A program made the position numbers and the translations under genes. 64,000 bases of DNA, from assembly GCA_964016885.1 (NCBI GenBank), contig OZ024762.1, forward strand, positions 23,436,001 through 23,500,000. Direction: 5' to 3'. Positions within the stretch are counted from its first letter, which is position 1, and each line of letters starts with the position of its first letter. The notes beneath the pieces are model-generated. The model was not told the origin of the DNA. It did no database searches and saw only the letters and a program-made list of their open reading frames with translations. Origin of the DNA: Eledone cirrhosa (taxonomy: Eukaryota). Shown piece after piece: positions 53,629 through 64,000 of this stretch.

Positions 53629-54443
53629 GTGTGTCAATATATATATATGTGTGTGTGTGTGTTTATATGTGAGTGTGTCTATATATATATATAGGTTCTT
53701 GTGCGAGAAAGACATACAAATGTTTAGACACACATATGCATGTGTGTAAACATACATACCAAACAAAACCGGATATAGATAAATACATAGATAGCTATAT
53801 AGATAGATACATACATACATTACACACATACATGCATGAATACATACATACATACATACATACATACATACATACATACATTACACACATACATAGATAC
53901 ATACATACATACATTCCACACATACATACATACATACATACATACATACATACATACATACCACACATACATACATACATTCATACATACATACACACAC
54001 ACATACATACATATATACATACATATATAACTCGCAAACACTGGTACATACACGCATGCGCATACATCGTCATAAAGAGCACGTGTTCTAATCTAAATTG
54101 AGTTCGTAGAACTAAATAAACTTAGCCTTCGATCAGCAGATGAAGTTGGAATAAAAGACTTGGCGGCCATTTTAACTGGCGTTTTTAGCTACATTTTTAA
54201 TGGCGGAAAGAAAGCTATATTGTAGGGGCATTAAAAACCTTCAATGGATAAGAGAGTTCTTTACGTCCACAAGTAGTTACTGTACATGAGATAAACGAAC
54301 TGAAATGTATATATGTATATATATATATATATATATATGTGTATATATATGTGTGAGTGTGTGTGTATTTATATGTATATATATCTATATATGTGTGTGT
54401 GTGTATGTATACACTCACATATATATATATATATATATATGTG

Positions 54444-54489
<46 letters not shown>

Positions 54490-54566
54490 AGTGTGTGTGT
54501 ATTTATATGTATATATATCTATATATGTGTGTGTGTGTATGTATATATATATATATATATATGTGA

Positions 54567-54604
<38 letters not shown>

Positions 54605-54651
54605 GTGTGTGTGTATTTATGTGTATATATATCTATATATGTGTCTGTGTG

Positions 54652-54722
<71 letters not shown>

Positions 54723-55184
54723 GAATATATATATATATATATGTATATATATATGTGAGTGTGTGTATTTATATGTATATATATCTATATATTTGTCTGT
54801 GTGTATGTATATATATATATATGTGTGAGCGTGTGTGTGTATATATATATCTATATCTATATATGTGTCTGTGTGTATGTATATATATATATATATATAT
54901 GTGTGAGTGTGTGTGTGTATATATATATATATATGTATATATATGTGTGTGTGTGTATATATATATGTATATATATGTATATATATATATAGAGAGAGAG
55001 ATTTATATCTATCTGTATATATATGTATATATATATATAAACATGTATGTGTAAGTGTATATGTATATATGTTTGTGCGTATGTGTTCGTGTGTAAATAT
55101 ATGTGTATGAGTAGCCGGAATAATTGAGGTTGGAATTTGGCTTATAATGTGTTGATGGAAACACACACACACACACACATACAC

Positions 55185-55219
<35 letters not shown>

Positions 55220-55235
55220 GGTGGGTGTTGTTGCA

Positions 55236-55296
<61 letters not shown>

Positions 55297-55384
55297 GGCC
55301 AAAACACGAGGGATGAACCGATGAGGTGATAGATGTAAAAACCTATAAAAGAAAGGGGACTTAGGAAGTAATTGTGAAAAGAGA

Positions 55385-55975
55385 TGATGGTCGTGGTGGT
55401 GATGGTGGTGGTGGTGGTAGTGGTGGTGGTGGTGCTGGTAGTGGTGGTGGTGGTGGTAGTGGTGCTGGTATTGGTGTTAGTGGTGGATTTGGTGCTGGTA
55501 GTGCTGGTGGTATTGGTGGTGTTAGTGGTGGTGGTGGTGGTAGTGGTGGTGGTGGTGCTAGTGGTGGTGGTGGTGTTGGTGGTGGTGGTATTGGTGGTGG
55601 TGGTGCTAGTGGTGGTGGTGGTGTTAGTGGTGGTGGTGGCGGTAGTGGTGGTGGTGGTGCTAGTGGTGGTGGTGCTAGTGGTGGTGGTGGTGCTAGTGGT
55701 GGTGGTGCTAGTGGTGGTGGTGCTGGTAGTGGTTGTTGTAGTGGTGATGGTGGTGGTGGTGGTAGTGGTGCTAGTAGTGGTAGTATTGGTGGTGGTGGTG
55801 GTGGTAGTGGTGCTGGTAGTGGTGGATTTGGTGGTGGTGCTGGTAGTGGTGTTGGTGGTTGTGGTAGTGGTGGTGGTGGTGGTGGTGCTGGTAGTGGTGG
55901 TGGTGGTAGTGGTGCTAGTAGTGGTAGTGGTGGTGGTGGTGGTAGTGGTGCTGGTAGTGGTGGTGGTGCTGGTGG
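55385..55975. repeat. (GGT)n low-complexity tract
   Basis: Seen directly. Confidence 0.95.
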
Positions 55976-56083
55976 GAGGAGGAATTTTATGGTTGTGATT
56001 TCATGTGAAATATTCATAAATGGAAGTTTGGCAGTGACCACAAATTGCTATAGAAACTATCAACTCTCTTTTTTACTCCCTCT

Positions 56084-56133
<50 letters not shown>

Positions 56134-56134
56134 C

Positions 56135-56197
<63 letters not shown>

Positions 56198-56223
56198 AAT
56201 CTCTCTCTCTATCTATCTCTCTA

Positions 56224-56270
<47 letters not shown>

Positions 56271-56282
56271 TGTATGTACATA

Positions 56283-56333
<51 letters not shown>

Positions 56334-56361
56334 TGTATGTACATATCTCTCTCTTTCTCTC

Positions 56362-56435
<74 letters not shown>

Positions 56436-56699
56436 TGAGTGAGATATGTATGTATATATATGTGTGTGTATATATATATATACATATATACACATATATA
56501 CATATATACACATATATATATATACACACACATACATACAAATGGGAGTTCATAACAAGTGGTACTTTATAACGTATAATTCTATACACATGACTTCGGA
56601 TATATGAAATGAGAAACCTCTAACCCTCCCCCTCTGATACACACACACACACAGAGCAACAAACACGCAATACACACTCACACACACACCAATGGATAC

Positions 56700-57310
56700 G
56701 CAATACACACACACACACATGAACAGGCAGTAATACTCACATACAGACCGCCACGAACACACACACAGCCACAACCACACACACACACACACGTACACAC
56801 ATGCACACAAACGCGCACACCGACACAGACACAAACGGGCAATAATACACACACACACACACATACCGCCACGAACACGCACACACCCACGACCACACAC
56901 ATACACACATGCACACACACACAGACACAAACAGGCAATAATACACACACACACACACACACACATACCGCCACGAACACGCACACAGCCACGACCACAC
57001 ACATACACACACATACACACATGCACACACACACATACACAGACACAAACAGGCAATAATACACACACACACACACATACCGCCACGAACACGCACACAG
57101 CCACGACCACACACATACACACATGCACACACACACACACAAACAGGCAATAATACACACACACACACACACATACCGCCACGAACACGCACACAGCCAC
57201 GACCACACATGCACAACACTCACACACGCAGATACACACCACACAGAGCCCCGAACACGCACACAGACACATACGAACAGAAACACGCACACAAACAGGC
57301 ACGCACACAC
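56700..57310. repeat. CA-rich minisatellite (~100-120-bp units)
   Basis: Recurrent GGCAATAATACAC..ATACCGCCACGAACACGCACAC. Confidence 0.88.
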
Positions 57311-57741
57311 ATATTCATTTTGAAGGGGTTTCTTTTACAGCTTTGAGGTTTGGAGTGGTATCATTCCTAAGCAGTCCCCCATCAAGAGTGATAAAGGTCA
57401 AACTGACCCTTTGCACATATATCCATCATGTCCATAAGTTATCTGTTCCCTAAATCTCGAACTGCCACGTTAGGGGTGATAAAGGAATGTGATTGAACTA
57501 ACACCGGTTTGCTGTCCGGGATGTGAGGGCGCAGAAGTTGGCACACACACACACAGACAGACAGATACATGTGTATACACATGCCTGCATGCACGCACAC
57601 ACGAATTCAGATACTCACACACATACACAAACATATATATATATGTGTGCGAGGGGGGTGTATAAAAGGTAAACAGAAATAACAAAATTAACGGCACAGT
57701 ACATGGAAGAAATATATTAGTTTGAAAAAGCAGGAAGAGAG

Positions 57742-57777
57742 TCTTAGCGTTTCGGACGCTAGTCCTTCATCAGAAGA
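57742..57777 (-). ncRNA. Minimal hammerhead (family D)
   Basis: Minus strand reads TCTT-CTGATGA-a-GGACtagcGTCC-GAAACGCTA-AGA. Confidence 0.68.
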
Positions 57778-57893
57778 AAGAGTTAGAAATAGAAGATAAT
57801 AGAAATGATAAGAATATATTTATATATAATATATTTATATATAATACATAAATGATAAGAATATATTTATATATATATATATATAAATATTTT

Positions 57894-57944
<51 letters not shown>

Positions 57945-58170
57945 ATATATATATATTTAAAGGTTAAACAAGGTTCGATGAATAAATCAAAGAATTAGTT
58001 TCACAATAGATTGGAAGCACTCAACAGTTATGGTTTTCCGGAGTTATTACTATTCATTCAAAATATTAACAAAAATAGAACTTCATTGTGATCAAGTATA
58101 TTTTATCATACATATTTCATGACTGGATCTTAACCATCTACTATGTCAGGGGGTATGTAATACATCATCT

Positions 58171-58237
58171 TATTTTATCTGATGAGGACGTACTGTTGAA
58201 GTTAGCTCAGTACCTCTGAAATATGTATAATAAAATA
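58171..58237 (+). ncRNA. Hammerhead ribozyme (family E) inside fold-back 57958-58284
   Basis: TATTTTAT-CTGATGA-G..GTACTG..CAGTAC..-GAA-ATATGTAT-A-ATAAAATA with an 8-bp stem I. Inverted arms 58052-58119 / 58217-58284. Confidence 0.8.
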
Positions 58238-58279
58238 TACTTGATCACAATGAAGGTCTATTTTTGTTAATATTTTGAA

Positions 58280-58342
<63 letters not shown>

Positions 58343-58570
58343 TTAGCGATATATATATTAAATTAGCGAGAATCGTATTTCAGCTCAGGAATTAACGAAA
58401 AACACTTCCGAGATGTGTGGCAAGCGCTCGATCATTCATATGAATCAGAGCTACAACATACGTTAAAGGCCAAACACACTGAGATGGTGGTTAAACTAAT
58501 CATCCGCACAGCCAAAAAAACGACCAAGTAATTCGGGTCAAACAATAAAAATATATGTGATTGAAAATTT

Positions 58571-58706
58571 ACCCGGACCCCTGGACGGTTGGTAAAATCC
58601 AGTATTTGGGTTTCTGCGACTCCATAAATCAATTACTGTCCGCTTACATGAAGAATGTTAGGCTTCTGGTAAGATGATTGAACAAGGAAGCCGTGTTATC
58701 AACGGT
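58571..58706 (-). ncRNA. Large UUGAUAA-core hammerhead (family G, second copy)
   Basis: Minus strand reads CCG-TTGATAA-caCGGCT...AGTCGca-GAA-ACCC..CTGGA..TCCAG-GGGT-C-CGG. Confidence 0.68.
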
Positions 58707-58937
58707 TTTTGCTTAAAGGCTATACATAAGTGTGACTATTACAGACCCACGTGGAGTTCAGCAAGGGAGGGAACAATTATATTAGGCGAATGTCACAATG
58801 AGGTTTTTTTTAATGAAAAAAAATGAGATGTCCTACACGTGTGTATAAGGAAAAGAAATCGAAAATGTAACTGGAGTCTTTTTAAGACCCCAGATGAATT
58901 TTCGATATCTGTTCCTTATATATATATATATATATAT

Positions 58938-59130
58938 AACGAAGGAAATGTGGTAAGGAACCAGGTGGACCATAACGCACCAAAGTACTCAATACTTAGG
59001 GTAGTAGAGTGGGTAATAGGAACGAGTAGAACCCCGACGGCTGAGCTCGAGCCGTTTCTACGGCTAATTCAGTCCAGAATTAGCCATCGAAACGGCTTGA
59101 GCTCAGCCGTCGGGGTCCTACTCGTTCCTA
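58938..59130. mobile_element. Family A fold-back copy
   Basis: Same structure as 393-595 with a different fold junction. Confidence 0.85.
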
Positions 59131-59187
<57 letters not shown>

Positions 59188-59325
59188 TCAAGTACAGATA
59201 GACCAGAAGATATATACAATTATAAGGAATCGTTTAACAGTAGCATGCATATACACACGTATAGACTGATAAACACATGCATTAACAAAGACACACATGC
59301 ATGCATACATACATACATACATACA

Positions 59326-59359
<34 letters not shown>

Positions 59360-59409
59360 CACACATACACACATACATACATACATACATACATACATAC
59401 ATACATACA

Positions 59410-59440
<31 letters not shown>

Positions 59441-59804
59441 GTGTATGTGTATGTGTGCATGATTTGTACGTGGGAAATCTGTTCACCTTAGGCCCGGGTT
59501 GTTTTAATTCCTCTTGGGAGGGAAACATAGTGAAATTGACTTTAATTCTACAGTAGAGCCATCCGGGTAATTCCATATGTCTGCTGCTGTCTTCAGTTAT
59601 TACAGAATATTGTCTTTTATTGCTGTTTTATTTGCAGAGCAGCATCAAGTCGTGAAACGCAACAGTGACTCAAAATGGCGGCCGATTAACGAAAAATTCC
59701 AAACATGAAAGACTTGGTATAAGTATGTATGTATGTATGTATGTATGTATGTATGTATGTATGTATGTATGTATGTATGTATGTATATGTGTATGTATGT
59801 ATAC

Positions 59805-59853
<49 letters not shown>

Positions 59854-59874
59854 ATGAATGTAAGTACATGTACC

Positions 59875-59906
<32 letters not shown>

Positions 59907-59942
59907 GAGTATGTAATTAAGTACATGTACCTACATATATAA

Positions 59943-59995
<53 letters not shown>

Positions 59996-60002
59996 ACATG
60001 TA

Positions 60003-60047
<45 letters not shown>

Positions 60048-60275
60048 ATATATATGCTAATATATATATGTATATATATATATGCTAATATGTATATATA
60101 TATGTATATATATGTATATATGTATATATGTATATATATATTTATATGTATATATATATGTATAGATATATATATGTATATGTATATTATATATGTTTAT
60201 ATATATATGTATATACATATGTGTGTATATATATACATATATGTATATATATGCGTATATATATATGTGTGTGTG

Positions 60276-60332
<57 letters not shown>

Positions 60333-60752
60333 GTATGTATATATATATATATATATGTATTTATATATCTATATATATAGAGAGAGATATATAGATAGAT
60401 ATAGATATACATATATATATGTGTGTGTGTATTTATATACATACAATACACACATATATACAGAGAGAGATATTGATATACGTTATATACATTATATACA
60501 TGTGTGTGTGAATGTAAGTATATATGTGTGTGTGTATGTATGTATATATGTGTGTGCATGTATGTATGTATATATATATCTGTGTGTGTATGTATGTATA
60601 TATGTGTGTGCATGTATGTATATATGTGTGTGTGTATGTATGTATATATATCTGTGTGTGTATGTATGTATATATGTGTGTGCATGTATGTATGTATATA
60701 TATATATCTGTGTGTGTATGTATGTATATATGTGTGTGTTTGTATGCATATA

Positions 60753-60799
<47 letters not shown>

Positions 60800-61364
60800 A
60801 TGTATGTATATATGTGTGTGTGTATGTATGTATATATATTTATATATATATGTGTGTGTATGTATATATGTGTGTGTGTGTGTATATATATGTGTGTGTG
60901 TCATAGTTTGACAGAAATGTTCGCTATAAACCTGAAAGCATGAACAGGGGTACATTAATTTTAAAAGGTGTTTTATGGGGCCATGTACTTATACACTCAT
61001 AGCAATAATGATATATACATCTCTGTGTGTATATATATATATGTGTGTATGTATATATAAATACATACATTATATATATATACATATATATGTACGTATA
61101 TACGTATATAAATATATATATGAATATATATATATAAATATGCGTATATACATACTTATATATGTATATATATATAATGTATGTATTTATATATACATGC
61201 ATACATATATATATACATACATATATATATATATATATATACAAATATACATACATATATATATATACACAAATATACATACATATATATATATACACAA
61301 ATATACATACATATATATATAAATATATACATACATATATACATATACATTAAAAAGACATATA

Positions 61365-61522
<158 letters not shown>

Positions 61523-61812
61523 TATATTGTTTTTTTAATTCTTCAGCATACATTTCATTTGAGTTCTGCACAGAATTCAAACTATTCAGTTTAGAATTTA
61601 CCTGGCTTCTATCTCCCTTTAGCGAGAATGTTTAGGGATTCACCAATCTCTGAATGTGTAGGTATAAGAGGGTTGACGGAAGGGTTCATAGTTCGACCAA
61701 GATACTCTCGTGGAATGACCCTATGAGGTTCATTTTTCAACATAGTCCCTGGAAAGAAATAATGTAGTTATTGATTAAAAAAAAAAGTGCTGGAATTAAT
61801 GCAGGCATGACT

Positions 61813-62568
61813 TCACGGCTCTAGCATCACTCCTTCAAAGGCTGACTAAGGTACTCTCTGCAAGATTTCACAGCTCTAGCATCACTCCTTCATAGGCTGA
61901 CTAAGGTACTCTCTGCAAGATTTCACAGCTCTAGCATCACTCCTTCATAGGCTGACTAAGGTACTCTCTGCAAGATTGCACAGCTCTAGCATCACTCCTT
62001 CAAAGGCTGACTAAGGTACTCTCTGCAAGATTTCACAGCTCTAGCATCACTCCTTCATAGGCTGACTAAGATACTCTCTGCAAGACTTCACAGCTCTAGC
62101 ATCACTCCTTCATAGGCTGACTAAGGTAATCTCTGCAAGATTTCACAGCTCTAGCATCACTCCTTCATAGGCTGACTAAGGTACTCTCTGCAAGATTTCA
62201 CAGCTCTAGCATCACTCCTTCATAGGCTGACTAAGGTACTCTCTGCAAGATTTCACAGCTCTAGCATCACTCATTCATAGGCTGACTAAGGTACTCTCTG
62301 CAAGATTTCACAGCTCTAGCATCACTCATTCATAGGCTGACTAAGGTACTCTCTGCAAGATTTCACAGCTCTAGCATCACTCCTTCATAGGCTGACTAAG
62401 ATACTCTCTGCAAGATTTCACAGCCTAACATCACTCCTTCGTAGGCTGACTAAGATACTCTCTGCAAGATTGCACAGCTCTAGCATCACTCCTTCATAGG
62501 CTGACTAAGGTACTCTCTGCAAGATTTCACAGCTCTAGCATCACTCCTTCATAGGCTGACCAAGATAC
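61813..62568. repeat. 55-bp minisatellite, ~14 copies
   Basis: Unit TCACAGCTCTAGCATCACTCCTTCATAGGCTGACTAAGGTACTCTCTGCAAGATT, with no spacers. Confidence 0.95.
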
Positions 62569-62719
62569 TTTCATGGAATGACCAAATAAGGTTTATTTTT
62601 CAACATAGACCCTTGAAAGAAACAATGCTGTTATTGTTAAGAAGAGATGGAATTAATGCATGCTAGATTTCACAGCTCTAGCATGAATCCTTAATAGTCA
62701 GCTTATGAACGTCACGACC

Positions 62720-64000
62720 ACATTACTACCAACACCAACACCACCGCCACACTACTACCAACACCACCGCCACACTACTACCAACACCACCGCCACACTA
62801 CTACCAACACCACCGCCACACTACTACCAACACCACCGCCACACTACTACCAACACCACCGCCACACTACTACCAACACCACCGCCACACTACTACCAAC
62901 ACCACCGCCTCACTACTACCAACACCACCGCCACACTACGACCAACACCACCGCATCACTACTACCAACACCACCACCACACTACTACCAACACCACCAC
63001 CACACTACTACCAACACCACCGCCACACTACTACCAACACCACCGCCACACTACTACCAACACCACCACCACACTACTACCAACACCACCACCACACTAC
63101 TACCAATACCACCACACTACCATCACCACAACGACACTACAACGCCTATCACCACTACACCATCTCAACTTTCAACCACACTAACACGACCATCACTACC
63201 ATCACCACTAGTACTAACACCCCCACTATATACCAACCACGTCACACTACCACCCCTATCACCACAACTACTACCAACACCACCTCAACTATAACCACCA
63301 CCGCCACCTATACTTATACCAACACCACCACATATACTAACACCAACACCACAACACTACCATCACCACCACTACCACACTACATCCCGACCACTTCCAC
63401 TCCTACCGCCACACAACTACCACCACCACACTACTACCAAAACTACCACACTACTGCCACACAACCACCCCCACACCCACCCCCACCACACTACATCCCG
63501 GCCACTACCACAACAACACTACAACCCCTATCACTAATACTACCACCACCACCACTAAAACCAACACACTACCATTTCCACCACTACCACACTACATCCC
63601 GGCCATTACCACAACAATACTACCACCCCTACCAAAACCACCACCACCACCTATACTAACACCACTACCAACGCCACCTCAGCTACAACCACACAACTAC
63701 TACCACACTACAACCACCACCATCTCTACTAACACCAACACCACCACACAACCACCACCACCACCACATTACAACCGCCACCACCACCACACCACTACCA
63801 ACTCCACCTCAGCTACCACCACCACACTACAACCACCACCACCACATTACTACCAACACCACGACACTAAAACCACCACCACCACCACACCACTACCAAC
63901 TCCACCTCATCTACCACCACCACCACACTACAACCAACACCACCACACTACAACCACCACCGCCACCACCACACTACAACTACCACCACCACCACCACAC
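62720..64000. repeat. 23-bp tandem repeat grading into (CCA)n low complexity
   Basis: Unit CACCACCGCCACACTACTACCAA. Confidence 0.92.

Noticed and set aside
59638-59708. Neuropeptide-like exon ([10 protein letters not shown])
   Set aside because: No amidation or cleavage signal follows, the frame stops, and no supporting exons were found.
61813-62568. CRISPR-like regular array
   Set aside because: Units are contiguous with no unique spacers, there are no cas genes, and the context is eukaryotic.
62720-64000. Telomere or mucin-like coding repeat
   Set aside because: It is not TTAGGG-type. It is degenerate CCA low complexity, and the 23-bp unit does not preserve frame.

Overview
AT-rich, microsatellite-saturated eukaryotic DNA. 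The SINE families and repeat landscape suggest an octopus or other cephalopod genome (inference). No host protein gene is confidently identified, and almost all ORFs in the track are simple-repeat artefacts. Recognisable content: a near-full-length but disrupted Penelope-like element (PLE) with direct pLTRs (35837-39808); two Naiad-type PLE remnants (4260-7080); a 5'-truncated, frame-intact RTE LINE with three C2H2 fingers and a 13-bp TSD (42370-44708); two further RTE 3' fragments; about 20 tRNA-derived SINE copies including a tandem array; two Helentron/DINE-like elements; and several minisatellites. The most striking signal is roughly 25 type I hammerhead ribozyme (HHR) motifs from many unrelated short families, nearly all embedded in (TA)n tracts and often arranged as fold-back palindromes. 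Several carry a compensatory U3-A8 catalytic core. Two non-coding families (about 420 nt and 603 nt) have a one-HHR-per-unit, tandem or permuted architecture like retrozymes (circular-RNA retroelements). All structures were folded by eye and none is experimentally or computationally verified.
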